Positions 23,189 to 33,317 of a stretch of 64,000 nt of DNA are shown here, in pieces. The stretch is from contig NZ_FOHV01000002.1 in the NCBI RefSeq assembly GCF_900111395.1, positions 59,675 through 123,674 on the forward strand, read 5' to 3'. The notes beneath the pieces are model-generated. The model ran no database searches. It worked only from the letters and a program-made list of their open reading frames with translations, and was not told the origin of the DNA. Each line of letters opens with the position of its first letter. Positions within the stretch are counted from its first letter, which is position 1. A program made the translations under genes and the position numbers. The DNA comes from Thorsellia anophelis DSM 18579 (GTDB taxonomy: Bacteria > Pseudomonadota > Gammaproteobacteria > Enterobacterales > Thorselliaceae).

Positions 23189-24775
23189 TTATGGCATGGC
23201 ATTTAATACTTGTGTATCAGGCGGGCTCCAATGGAACTGACTACCTATACCAAGAGGTATCTCAAATCCCCAGAAAATAAATAAAGTTGCAGTTAATACA
23301 AGTAATAAACCTAATGTATACGGAATCATCATTGAACTTAAAGTGCCCACTCCTGTCCCTTTAAAGTATTTTTGGCAATATGAAATAATTAAAGGATAAA
23401 ATGGGAACATAGGGGTGGCAACATTGACTGCAGAATCACTTATTCTAAAACTTGCTTGAGTCAATTCGGGTGAAATCCCTACCGCCATTAGCATAGGGAC
23501 AAGAACTGGAGCCATAACTGACCATTTTGCTGAAGCGGAGGTAATCAGAATATTTAATAAACCTGTTAATATGATCACCCCTATAATAGTAATACCACTT
23601 GGTAGCGCAAGGCTTTTTAATAGATCTGCACCTGAAAATGCGAGTAATGTACCAATATTAGACACTTTGAAAATATATAAAAACTGAGCACAGACAAACG
23701 CAAAGACAAAGAACGAGATTAAAGTAGTTAAAATCCCTTCCATCGATTTAACAATATCATTACTAGATTTAAATTTCCCTGTAATATACCCATAAATGAT
23801 ACCCGGTACAGAGAAGAATACTAATAGGATTGGAACAATCATGTTCATAAGAGGTGATTTATTACTGGTTAATGACCCTTCAAATCTTAAAATAGATGAT
23901 TCTGGGTATGCCCATAAAGTTAATCCACCAGCTAGTAGTAAAAGACTTAGCATAGCAAATCTAAACGCTTTAATTTCAAGCGGCGTCATATAGGTCATTT
24001 CTTTTACAGAACCTTTTTGTTCGCCAAAAGCAATCGGTATATTGCGATTTAAGCGAGGCTCTACCCATTTATCCGTAATAAGCCAGCACATTCCGATTAC
24101 TCCAATCGTTCCACCTAGGCTAACAAAATAATTGCTTAATACATTAACAGAGTAAGTCGGATCGACAATATGAGCGGCATCTTGCGTAAAGCCTTGCATA
24201 ATTGGGTCGATATTTGAGGGGAGAAAACTTGCGGAAAAACCACCAGCTAAGCCGGCAAAAGCTGCAGCAATGCCAGCTAATGGATGCCTGCCATAGTTAT
24301 AGTACATTAAAGCAGCAATAGGCATTAAAAATACATAAGCAGAATCAGAAGCAACATGGCTGACAACCGCAACAAATGCAACTAAAGGGGTAAGTGCTTT
24401 ACGAGGTGTAATACGCAAAAGCTTTTTTAAAATAGCCTGTAAAAATCCACTTGCCTCTGCTATTCCAATTCCTAGTGTTGCAACAATTGTAATTCCTAGG
24501 GGCGGAAATCCCATAAAATTACCGACTAAACCGGTAATTAGATTTAATAGACCTTGCTCTGTCATTTGGTTCACAATCACAATTTTTTCATGTGTTAGTG
24601 GATGGATGTAATCAAAATCAAATTTAGATAGGATGAATGATAAAATCAAGCAAATCAAGAAAGCAAAAAAAATGAGTACAGTAATATTGGGTATAGCATT
24701 ACCAAAGCGTTCAATTGTGTCTAGAAATCCCTTTTTTTTTACTGTAGGTGGCGGTACTTGCTCTGCTGTCGTCAT
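23189..24775 (-). CDS. AbgT-family (p-aminobenzoyl-glutamate/drug) transporter
   Basis: ~528-aa polytopic membrane protein. AbgT/MtrF-like sequence throughout. Start set at the ATG preceded by a GGAGAG SD rather than the first ATG. Confidence 0.75.
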   Translation of the reverse strand: MTTAEQVPPPTVKKKGFLDTIERFGNAIPNITVLIFFAFLICLILSFILSKFDFDYIHPLTHEKIVIVNQMTEQGLLNLITGLVGNFMGFPPLGITIVATLGIGIAEASGFLQAILKKLLRITPRKALTPLVAFVAVVSHVASDSAYVFLMPIAALMYYNYGRHPLAGIAAAFAGLAGGFSASFLPSNIDPIMQGFTQDAAHIVDPTYSVNVLSNYFVSLGGTIGVIGMCWLITDKWVEPRLNRNIPIAFGEQKGSVKEMTYMTPLEIKAFRFAMLSLLLLAGGLTLWAYPESSILRFEGSLTSNKSPLMNMIVPILLVFFSVPGIIYGYITGKFKSSNDIVKSMEGILTTLISFFVFAFVCAQFLYIFKVSNIGTLLAFSGADLLKSLALPSGITIIGVIILTGLLNILITSASAKWSVMAPVLVPMLMAVGISPELTQASFRISDSAVNVATPMFPFYPLIISYCQKYFKGTGVGTLSSMMIPYTLGLLLVLTATLFIFWGFEIPLGIGSQFHWSPPDTQVLNAMP

Positions 24776-25231
24776 ATTACTCTCCGTAAAGTCACAAAAT
24801 GATAAATGCATTTTAAAAATAGGCTAGGATGCCAAAATTGAAACGTATGTAGATTTAAACATAGATTTAGGTTGAGCCCAAAGGTTATGAATCATAGTTA
24901 AGAGAATGAAAAATAATTAATTTTATTCTTATGCTGCTTGGTATGACACTTTAAACTCATTAGGCTAAGTAATCTTTGATACTAAACTATTTTTATCCGT
25001 TTGGTCTAGAGGTATTTTATTTAGATATCTCTAAAATCAATTTTTAATGTTTCATATATAAAGTATATGAGCTCAATTAATGTATGTATTATTTTGTAGT
25101 ATGTAAGTATATCATTGTTATGAACAGGCTAAGGATCAAAAAATGAGACCAATTATTACAAAGCATCTAATTAAAATATTTGCTACAATCACATTATTAA
25201 TTCTATCCATAAATTAGTTGAGAAAATGAAT

Positions 25232-26593
25232 ATGTTTGCAAATTTATCAGAACGATTATCCAAAACTTTACGAAATATCAGTGGCCGAGGTCGCTTAACA
25301 GAAGACAACATTCAAGAAACACTTCGTGAAGTGCGCATGGCGCTTTTAGAAGCGGATGTTGCCTTGCCTGTTGTGAGGGAATTTATTAAGCAGGTTAAGG
25401 ACAATGCAGTAGGACAAGATGTCAATAAAAGTTTAACCCCAGGTCAAGAGTTTATTAAAATTGTTCAGCGCCAATTAGAAATTGCCATGGGTGATGTAAA
25501 TGAAGCGCTTAATTTAGCAGCTCAGCCACCTGCTGTTATCTTAATGGCGGGTTTGCAAGGGGCCGGTAAAACAACTAGCGTAGGTAAACTCGCTAAATTT
25601 TTAAAAGAAAAACATAAGAAAAAAGTATTAGTGGTCTCTGCAGACGTATACAGACCTGCCGCAATTAAGCAACTGCAAACATTAGCTGAATCTTTAGATG
25701 TTGCATTTTTTCCATCAGAGAATAATCAAAAGCCGATTGATATTGTTGATGACGCATTAAAACACGCGAAATTGAATTTTTTCGATGTGTTAATTGTTGA
25801 TACTGCAGGCCGCTTACATGTTGACAGTGATATGATGGATGAAATACAGGCCATACATAGTTATTTAAATCCTGTAGAAACATTATTTGTAGTTGATGCA
25901 ATGACAGGACAAGATGCTGCCAATACTGCAAAAGCATTTAATGATGCTTTGCCCTTAACAGGTGTTATTTTAACTAAGGTTGACGGTGATGCCAGAGGCG
26001 GAGCTGCATTATCAATTAGGCATATAACTGGCAAGCCCATTAAATTTTTAGGTGTAGGTGAAAAAACTGATGCTTTAGAACCATTTTATCCTGAGCGTTT
26101 AGCTTCAAGAATTCTGGGTATGGGGGATATGCTATCTCTGATTGAAGAGCTTGAAAGTAAAGTTGATAAAGAAAAAGCTGAAAAAATGGCTAATAAGCTT
26201 AAGAAAGGAGAGGGATTTGATCTTAATGATTTTTTAGAGCAATTGCAGCAGATGCGTAAAATGGGCGGCATGGCAAATTTAATGACTAAGTTACCTGGTA
26301 TGGGTAATTTACCTTCTGGTGCAATGGATATGGTTGGTGACAAATCGATGACAAGAATGGAAGCGATTATCAATTCTATGACATTAAAAGAAAGAACTAA
26401 CCCAGATATTATCAAAGGTTCACGTAAAAAAAGAATCGCTGCAGGGTCTGGTACTCAGGTGCAAGATGTAAATCGAATGCTCAAACAATTTGATGAAATG
26501 CAGCGTATGATGAAAAAAATGAAAAAAGGTGGCTTGGCTAAAATGATGCGTGGTATGAAGGGCATGATGCCACCAGGCATGTTAGGTCGCTAA
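25232..26593 (+). CDS. ffh: Signal recognition particle protein Ffh
   Basis: Near-identical to E. coli Ffh (MFANLSERLSKTLRNISGRGRLTEDN ... methionine-rich C-terminal M domain). Confidence 0.97.
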   Translation: MFANLSERLSKTLRNISGRGRLTEDNIQETLREVRMALLEADVALPVVREFIKQVKDNAVGQDVNKSLTPGQEFIKIVQRQLEIAMGDVNEALNLAAQPPAVILMAGLQGAGKTTSVGKLAKFLKEKHKKKVLVVSADVYRPAAIKQLQTLAESLDVAFFPSENNQKPIDIVDDALKHAKLNFFDVLIVDTAGRLHVDSDMMDEIQAIHSYLNPVETLFVVDAMTGQDAANTAKAFNDALPLTGVILTKVDGDARGGAALSIRHITGKPIKFLGVGEKTDALEPFYPERLASRILGMGDMLSLIEELESKVDKEKAEKMANKLKKGEGFDLNDFLEQLQQMRKMGGMANLMTKLPGMGNLPSGAMDMVGDKSMTRMEAIINSMTLKERTNPDIIKGSRKKRIAAGSGTQVQDVNRMLKQFDEMQRMMKKMKKGGLAKMMRGMKGMMPPGMLGR

Positions 26594-26853
26594 GGTTGTA
26601 AGGTAGATTGTTTACTAATTAGATTCTTATGGCTTGCAATTTACCTCAAAATAAGTAAAATGCTCGATTGATCTTGGCTAAGTGTTGTAAATTTGGTGCT
26701 TAGTTTATGTCAAATCGTAAAGAATCTGGTGTATCCTATATTCTTTCACTCCCCTTTTCTATGCATTAAGGTTGTAAATCGATAATGCATTTTACAGCGA
26801 CTGCCTTCGGAATGTTGGCGGTCGTTGTTATTTTATATACAAATGAGGATGTT

Positions 26854-27102
26854 ATGGTAACAATTCGTTTAGCTCGTGGCGGTTCAAAAAAACGCCCATT
26901 CTATCAAGTCGTAGTGACTGATAGCCGTAATTCACGTGATGGTCGTTTCATCGAACGTCTTGGTTTTTTCAACCCGATCGCTTCAGGCCAAGCTGAAAAA
27001 TTACGTTTAGATTTAGATCGTATCAATCACTGGATCGGTGTAGGTGCAACTGTTTCTGATCGCGTAAATCAATTAATTAAAGATGCAAAAAAAGCAGCTT
27101 AA
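26854..27102 (+). CDS. rpsP: 30S ribosomal protein S16
   Basis: [21 protein letters not shown] matches S16. The longer ORF from 26785 was rejected. Confidence 0.95.
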   Translation: MVTIRLARGGSKKRPFYQVVVTDSRNSRDGRFIERLGFFNPIASGQAEKLRLDLDRINHWIGVGATVSDRVNQLIKDAKKAA

Positions 27103-27177
27103 TTAATTGTTATTAATTTATAGGGTAATACCATATAAATAATTGCTTTTTAAATTTGATAGAGTAAGTATTTTAAC

Positions 27178-27723
27178 ATGCAATCTCAAACACATTCAGT
27201 GCTCTTAAAACCGATTGTTGTAGGTAAAGTTGGTGCACCTTATGGTGTACGTGGCTGGTTAAAGTTGTTTCCTGCAACAGAAAACAAAGAGAATATCTTT
27301 GACTATGCGCCTTGGTACCTTCGTGCCGCTGGACAGTTAAAGTTTGTTGAAGTTGAAGAGTGGAAATGGCATGCACAAGATATTGTCATCAAACTTAAAG
27401 GGATTAATGATAGAGATGAAGCTCAGCGTTTAACGAATGCTGAAGTGGTAATCGAAGAAAATAATTTACCCGCGTTAACACAAGGGGATTATTATTGGAA
27501 GGATCTTATCAATTGCCGTGTTTTGAGTGAAACTGGCTATGATATGGGAATTGTGACTGATTTGATGGAAACAGGTTCTAATGATGTGTTAATTGTTAGA
27601 GCAAATCTCAATGATGCCTTTGGTGCAAAAGAACGATTAATTCCTTACCTTGATGGTCAGGTAATTAAAAATGTTGATCTTAAAGCTAAACAGATTATTG
27701 CTGATTGGGATCCCAATTTTTAA
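27178..27723 (+). CDS. rimM: Ribosome maturation factor RimM
   Basis: [19 protein letters not shown] motif. Conserved rpsP-rimM-trmD-rplS order. Confidence 0.92.
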   Translation: MQSQTHSVLLKPIVVGKVGAPYGVRGWLKLFPATENKENIFDYAPWYLRAAGQLKFVEVEEWKWHAQDIVIKLKGINDRDEAQRLTNAEVVIEENNLPALTQGDYYWKDLINCRVLSETGYDMGIVTDLMETGSNDVLIVRANLNDAFGAKERLIPYLDGQVIKNVDLKAKQIIADWDPNF

Positions 27724-28466
27724 TGCATATTGGTATTATTACCCTTTTTCCAGAGATGTTTCATGCTATTACTGATTATGGCGTGATAGGTCGAGCAGTA
27801 AAAGATGGGCGTTTGCGTGTTGATTTTTGGAATCCGCGTGAGTTCACACAAGATAGACATCAAACCGTTGATGATAGACCTTATGGCGGCGGGCCTGGTA
27901 TGTTGATGATGGTACAACCATTGAGTGATGCTATATTACAAGCTAAAACAGTAATAGGTGAGCAATCTAAAGTGATTTATTTATCACCTCAAGGAAAACC
28001 TCTAACGCAAACAGGTGTGAGTAAGCTTAGCACAGCTGAATCTTTGATTTTAGTGTGTGGTCGATATGAAGGGATTGATGAACGTGTGATACAAACGTTA
28101 ATTGATGAAGAGTGGTCAGTTGGTGATTACGTTCTTAGCGGTGGGGAGTTACCTGCTATGGTGATGGTTGATGCCATAACAAGGTTGTTACCTGGTGTAC
28201 TAGGACATTCTGAATCAGCAGTTGAAGACTCATTTGTGAATGGATTACTTGATCATCCACATTACACCCGACCAGAAGTTTTAAATGGCATGCAAGTTCC
28301 GAAAGTGTTACTTTCAGGTAATCATGCAGAAATTCGTCGCTGGCGGCTTAAACAATCGCTTGGGCGTACTTGGCAAAGAAGACCCGATCTTCTACAACAT
28401 CTAGCTCTGACTGATGAGCAAAAATCTTTGTTGAAGGAATTTCAGCAAGATTCAAATGAACATTAA
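27723..28466 (+). CDS. trmD: tRNA (guanine37-N1)-methyltransferase
   Basis: [13 protein letters not shown] ... near-identical to E. coli TrmD. Start overlaps the rimM stop. Confidence 0.93.
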   Translation: MHIGIITLFPEMFHAITDYGVIGRAVKDGRLRVDFWNPREFTQDRHQTVDDRPYGGGPGMLMMVQPLSDAILQAKTVIGEQSKVIYLSPQGKPLTQTGVSKLSTAESLILVCGRYEGIDERVIQTLIDEEWSVGDYVLSGGELPAMVMVDAITRLLPGVLGHSESAVEDSFVNGLLDHPHYTRPEVLNGMQVPKVLLSGNHAEIRRWRLKQSLGRTWQRRPDLLQHLALTDEQKSLLKEFQQDSNEH

Positions 28467-28497
28467 TTCATAGACAATTCAGTTAATCTAGCAATAG

Positions 28498-28872
<375 letters not shown>

Positions 28873-28902
28873 TCTATTTTTTAGCAGATTATGACCTAAA
28901 AA

Positions 28903-28926
28903 AGCTCGGCATTGCCGAGCTTTTTG
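28903..28926 (+). terminator. Rho-independent terminator after rplS
   Basis: AGCTCGGC att GCCGAGCT followed by TTTTT. Confidence 0.8.
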
Positions 28927-29066
28927 CTTTAGGTAATAATATAAATTTGATAGAAAAGATTGAGATAGTTATTGGACTAGGTAATAATAGGCATTAAACA
29001 AAAGATCGATGTTAGTCTTAGTGCGTGCAATATATTTTCAGGTTAATTTTAAAAGTGGTGGTCGAT

Positions 29067-29414
29067 ATGACAACAAGTGATGAGGGGTTGCCCCTACAAT
29101 TTACAGATAAAGCAGCTAATAGAGTTAAAGAATTAGTCAGCGAGGAAGAAAACCCAAACCTAAGATTGCGAGTTTATATAACAGGCGGTGGATGTAGCGG
29201 ATTTCAGTACGGATTTATGTTCGATGAAAAAACCAATGAAGATGACTTTTTGATAGAAAAACAAGGTGTTGCTTTAGTGGTAGACCCAATGAGTTTACAA
29301 TATCTTGTGGGCGGTACAGTCGATTTTTTAGATGGTCTGGAAGGATCTCGTTTTGTTGTGAGTAATCCTAATGCGACAAGTACGTGTGGGTGTGGCTCTT
29401 CTTTTAGTGTTTAA
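29067..29414 (+). CDS. erpA: Iron-sulfur cluster insertion protein ErpA (A-type carrier)
   Basis: ~115 aa. C-terminal CGCGSSF motif. [11 protein letters not shown] motif. Start set at MTTSDEG. Confidence 0.8.
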   Translation: MTTSDEGLPLQFTDKAANRVKELVSEEENPNLRLRVYITGGGCSGFQYGFMFDEKTNEDDFLIEKQGVALVVDPMSLQYLVGGTVDFLDGLEGSRFVVSNPNATSTCGCGSSFSV

Positions 29415-30054
29415 GATTGATTTAAATAAAAAATAGAACAGCTAATCAATCGTTTTTATCAGGAATACCCATAAAACCTAAGCCTAGTAACAGCCTATTG
29501 CCATAATACACATTTCCTAGAGACGATGATCGATATGAAGTGTCCCTCATAAATGAGTTAGGCGTTTTTAGATTAAACGCCGAATTCTTTTCTTATCTCA
29601 AGTGGTTATTTTTAATAAAATATTTCGTAATTCATTATGTTCATTTCTGTTAGTGTAGATGGATGAAAAATAAGTTGTTTCGGTATTTACGTTACATAAA
29701 TCAGGCTGATTTTTAATTATTTTTTTAAGTCGGATTAAAAAGCCAAAATACTACGCTTTTAGACAACCATCTACAGCAAGACCATAAAATGAGAAGTAGC
29801 CGTAACCGAAGAGTTCATCAGTGATCAATCTGTTTATCAATAATGTCTCAATTCTATGGAAAATAAAGAACCATATAGAATGGTTAATACACGGATGAGA
29901 GAGTCTGCTTATGTAATTGAAGTTGCGCAGTAGGAATCCCTTGCTTTATTGGGAGAGGATGCCAAAGCTATTTACTATCAGTTATTGTGGATGGCTGCGT
30001 TAAAACGTAGCCGTCCATAATAGATAATAATTGAAAAGCTAATTGGCAAATATA

Positions 30055-31290
30055 TTAACCTTTTACACAAACAACTTGTCTTAGAGTATGCACTACTTCG
30101 ACAAGTGATTTTTGTGCAGCCATCACTGCATCAATATCTTTATAAGCCATTGGTATTTCATCAATCACTGCCTCGTCTTTTCTACATTCAACATGTGCTG
30201 TAGAGCGGATTTGATCTTCAACTGTGAAACGTTTTTTAGCAGCGGTACGACTCAACGTTCTTCCTGCACCATGACTACAAGAGCAAAAACTCTCTTCATT
30301 CCCTAATCCACGTACAATAAAACTTTTTGCCCCCATAGATCCAGGTATGATTCCAAGTTGTCCCTTTTGAGCTGACACTGCCCCTTTTCTGGTAATAAAG
30401 ACAGACTCACCGAAATGAGTTTCTTTTTGTACGTAATTATGATGGCAGTTTACCGCCATAAGATCGGTATAAAATGGTTTCTCAATTTGACTAGCCAAGG
30501 CTTTTAATGTGTTTTCCATCATAACTTCACGATTAGCAAGCGCAAATTCTTGTGCCCATTTAACGGCCTCAACATAATCATCAAAATGCTGGCTTCCTTC
30601 TTCAAAATATGCAAGATTTTTGTCTGGTAGGTTGCCAATATGAGCTTCCATATCTTTTTGAGCCATTTCAATAAATAGGCTACCAATTAAATTACCGACG
30701 CCACGTGAACCGCTATGTAGCATTACCCAAACCCTGTCTCTTTCATCTAAACAAAGTTCTATAAAGTGATTTCCTGTACCGAGTGTCCCTAAGTGTTTTT
30801 GATTATTAGAATTTTTAAGTCTAGGGTATTTGTCACATAATGCAGCAAATCCAGGTGCCAGTTTTGCCCATTGAAGATCTACGTTATGCGGAACATTATG
30901 CCAAGAACCTGTATCTCTTCTTCCTCTTTGCATCACTCTACCATGTGGTACCGTTTTCTCAATTGCAGAACGAATACCAAATAGATTATCTGGCAGATCA
31001 CTGGCTACAAGTGACGTACAGACAGCCATCATACCACATCCAATATCGACTCCAACGGCAGCCGGAATAATCGCTTTATAGGTTGGGATAACGCTTCCAA
31101 TTGTCGAACCTTTACCTACATGTACATCAGGCATAACGGCCAAATGTTTAAAAATAAAGGGTAGTGTAGCAGTATTAAATAGTTGTTTTTTAGCCTCTTC
31201 TTCAACGGGTACGCCATGGGTCCACATTTTAATTGGGTGGTGTTTATCTGAGCTAATTGTTTGGTATGATTCATTCATGATTATATTCAT
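30055..31290 (-). CDS. rtcB: RNA-splicing ligase RtcB
   Basis: Collinear with E. coli RtcB (KMWTHGVPVE, FIFKHLAVMPDVHVGKG, CHHNYV, GSMGAKSFIVRGLGNEESFCSCSHGAGR, C-terminal VVCVKG). Confidence 0.93.
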   Translation of the reverse strand: MNIIMNESYQTISSDKHHPIKMWTHGVPVEEEAKKQLFNTATLPFIFKHLAVMPDVHVGKGSTIGSVIPTYKAIIPAAVGVDIGCGMMAVCTSLVASDLPDNLFGIRSAIEKTVPHGRVMQRGRRDTGSWHNVPHNVDLQWAKLAPGFAALCDKYPRLKNSNNQKHLGTLGTGNHFIELCLDERDRVWVMLHSGSRGVGNLIGSLFIEMAQKDMEAHIGNLPDKNLAYFEEGSQHFDDYVEAVKWAQEFALANREVMMENTLKALASQIEKPFYTDLMAVNCHHNYVQKETHFGESVFITRKGAVSAQKGQLGIIPGSMGAKSFIVRGLGNEESFCSCSHGAGRTLSRTAAKKRFTVEDQIRSTAHVECRKDEAVIDEIPMAYKDIDAVMAAQKSLVEVVHTLRQVVCVKG

Positions 31291-31352
31291 TTTCTTATCT
31301 CTCATTTATTTTAAATTTGTTGTTTGCTATCTATTTTGGTTTATTTACTGGC

Positions 31353-32648
31353 CTATTTATTTTGGTTGAGGGTGACAAGTCCGTTTAATACACCGTCTAA
31401 ACCGCCATAAACACTCAATGTATCAATATGTTCAACAACTTTTTCTAGAGTTTCTAGTTCTTTTAACCTAAGTGCAATCGGATTATTTTCCATCACTTTA
31501 GCTGTATTCAGTAGTGAGCGTGTTGCTGATGTTTCTTCTCGGCGACGAATTACATTGGCTTGAGCTGCTTTTTCAGCCTCAACGACCTTGGCCAAAATCG
31601 CTTTAATTTCGCCAGGCAATATAATGTCTTTAACGCCTAATGAGGTGACTACAATCCCACTATTTTTTAGTACTTCAGAGAGCCTATCTATCACAATTTT
31701 ATTGATAATCTCTTTATCTTCCAATAATTCATCAAGTGTTCTTGTACCAATTGCTTCTCTAAGCGAAAATTGCAACTCTCTGTAAAGATAAGGTTTAATC
31801 TCACTCAGTTGTTCATGCGCTTTTAATACATCGATATATTGCCAGTTAGCAATTAAATTTATTCTTAAGGTGACTTTATCTTTGGTTAATATTTCTTGGC
31901 CATTGACTTCTAATCCTGTGATACGTGTATCAATGATTTCCAAATCAATCGTGCGGTTAACTGCCCAATATGCATGATTGCCCGCTGCTAAAAGAGGCAT
32001 TATTTTGCCATCTACTTTCAATATACCAACATGATATGCAGGGATATTAGCCATTAAAACATGAGATGTCCCAACGATTTTTTTTGCCCTTGCATTAGGG
32101 CGTAAAAGTTGACGTTTGATCGATTCATCTACTTCAATCGCCTCTTCAACGCAATACGTTTTAAGTGTTTGGGTTGTTGGACCTAACCAATATAAACGTT
32201 TCGTCGCTGGTGGTAAGATTTCAATTAAGATCCCATTTTCATAGCGTAAACCGATTTCATTTTCATTTGTATTGATTTCAGTACAATACTTAGCAATGAC
32301 CTCTGGTAAATAAGCATACAAATGATTTGCTAATTTCTCATCAATCAAAGGAGCAGCAAGATCAACAAAAACTACGTTAAGCTCATTATCTGAATCTTTA
32401 AATTGAAATTCACCTTGAGCGTACACATTCTCTAAAAGCTGATTGCGGTATAGCAGAGCTAATTGATTAGGTTGAACTGTTAGTTTTTTTCTGCCAAACC
32501 ATTGCTGCGTAAATTGAGTTTGTTTATCGTGTTGTTGTTCTGTTTTAATCATTATTTTATCTCTTATTATATTTCTTATTGAAATCACTGCGTAGCGTGT
32601 AGCGAGGTGTAGAATAAAATCAGTCAATTTTTTACGGTCTTTTGTCAT
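31353..32648 (-). CDS. SPFH/band-7 (slipin/stomatin-like) domain protein with ~200-aa uncharacterised N-terminal region
   Basis: C-terminal half shows SPFH features (TKDKVTLRINLIANWQ; GTRTLDELLEDKEIINKIVIDRLSEVLKNSGIVVTSLGVKDIILPGEIKAILAKVVEAEKAAQANVIRRREE). The N-terminal 200 aa has no family I recognise. No obvious SD at the first ATG; an alternative start is at 32552. Confidence 0.6.
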   Translation of the reverse strand: MTKDRKKLTDFILHLATRYAVISIRNIIRDKIMIKTEQQHDKQTQFTQQWFGRKKLTVQPNQLALLYRNQLLENVYAQGEFQFKDSDNELNVVFVDLAAPLIDEKLANHLYAYLPEVIAKYCTEINTNENEIGLRYENGILIEILPPATKRLYWLGPTTQTLKTYCVEEAIEVDESIKRQLLRPNARAKKIVGTSHVLMANIPAYHVGILKVDGKIMPLLAAGNHAYWAVNRTIDLEIIDTRITGLEVNGQEILTKDKVTLRINLIANWQYIDVLKAHEQLSEIKPYLYRELQFSLREAIGTRTLDELLEDKEIINKIVIDRLSEVLKNSGIVVTSLGVKDIILPGEIKAILAKVVEAEKAAQANVIRRREETSATRSLLNTAKVMENNPIALRLKELETLEKVVEHIDTLSVYGGLDGVLNGLVTLNQNK

Positions 32649-32668
32649 TAAAAGCTGATTTTATTTAC

Positions 32669-32727
32669 TCACATTAAGTCGTTTTTCCTCTTATCTAACT
32701 TAAGATCTAGATTAGATAAGATAAGAG
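32669..32727 (-). promoter_or_regulatory. 5'-UTR hairpin sequestering a strong SD plus ATG-TGA start-stop element upstream of the SPFH gene
   Basis: On the minus-strand RNA, CUCUUAUCU ... AGAUAAGAG forms a 9-bp stem with a palindromic interior (AUCUAGAU) whose 3' arm supplies the AAGAGGA. This is followed 10 nt later by AUG UGA. Confidence 0.35.
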
Positions 32728-32729
32728 GG

Positions 32730-32960
32730 GGTATTGGCGATACCTCGTACAGTCTGTCTCGCCTTAACCTTCGAGTTAATGCCCAGTTACTAGCCAGGCA
32801 GTGATTGTCAGCAGTAAACCTTCTACTGCAATGTTGTTTTAAAGTTGAAGGAGTCGAACCTTCCCAGCGTTAGCCTTACCATAATTGCAAGAGAGAATCA
32901 GTTAGTTCTCTTGATTGCATCTGTGTCTTAGTCTTATCTAACCCGCTAGTATTAGAGGGA
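32730..32960 (-). ncRNA. Candidate structured leader RNA with tRNA-like T-arm (possible Y-RNA/YrlA-like element)
   Basis: Lies between the sigma54 promoter and the SPFH start. Minus-strand RNA contains GGAAG-GUUCGACU-CCUUC (a T-arm-like GGUUCGAnUCC). Several further perfect hairpins are present (AGAGAA/UUCUCU, GCAGUA/UACUGC, GGCGA/UCGCC). No ORF of 60 aa or more occurs in the region. Confidence 0.35.
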
Positions 32961-33076
32961 GACGGTGGAGTATTAACGATAGTGATAAAATTATGACTAA
33001 ATCGGTAACCTCAATCCAACCTAGACCTAAAGAAAGTGTAATTATTCTGTTAGGTGACGATGACATGAAAAATAAA

Positions 33077-33091
33077 GCAATCAATGTGCCA
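33077..33091 (-). promoter_or_regulatory. Sigma54 (-24/-12) promoter driving the SPFH-rtcB operon
   Basis: Minus strand reads TGGCAC-ATTGA-TTGCT, a near-consensus TGGCAC-N5-TTGCW. Upstream (33092-33317) is A-tract-rich and bend-prone DNA before the divergent rtcR gene, as expected for an enhancer-binding-protein-dependent promoter. Confidence 0.6.
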
Positions 33092-33317
33092 ACTTTTTAA
33101 ATGACATGACTAATTTTATTTAAGTTATTGTTTTTAAGTTTTTTAATGTTTTAATTTTTATTTTTAATCTTTATTTGAAGGGGAAGTCATCATGGTAAGT
33201 ATCTATAGAACTTTGTTATATTTTTTTTATTTTTATATAAAATTATAATAATTTATATTATTATCTATTTAAGGGTGAGTAAATTTTTTGTTCGATTGAT
33301 CTAGTAGGTGGAGTAAC

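Noticed and set aside
26785-26853. Extended rpsP ORF starting at 26785
   Set aside because: S16 homology starts at [10 protein letters not shown] (26854). The upstream portion is hydrophobic and unrelated.
32850-32875. Canonical tRNA gene around the GGTTCGACTCC T-arm motif
   Set aside because: No acceptor stem, CCA end or anticodon/D-arm arrangement can be built around it; it is a single T-arm-like module. It is therefore reported as a tRNA-like structured RNA, not a tRNA.
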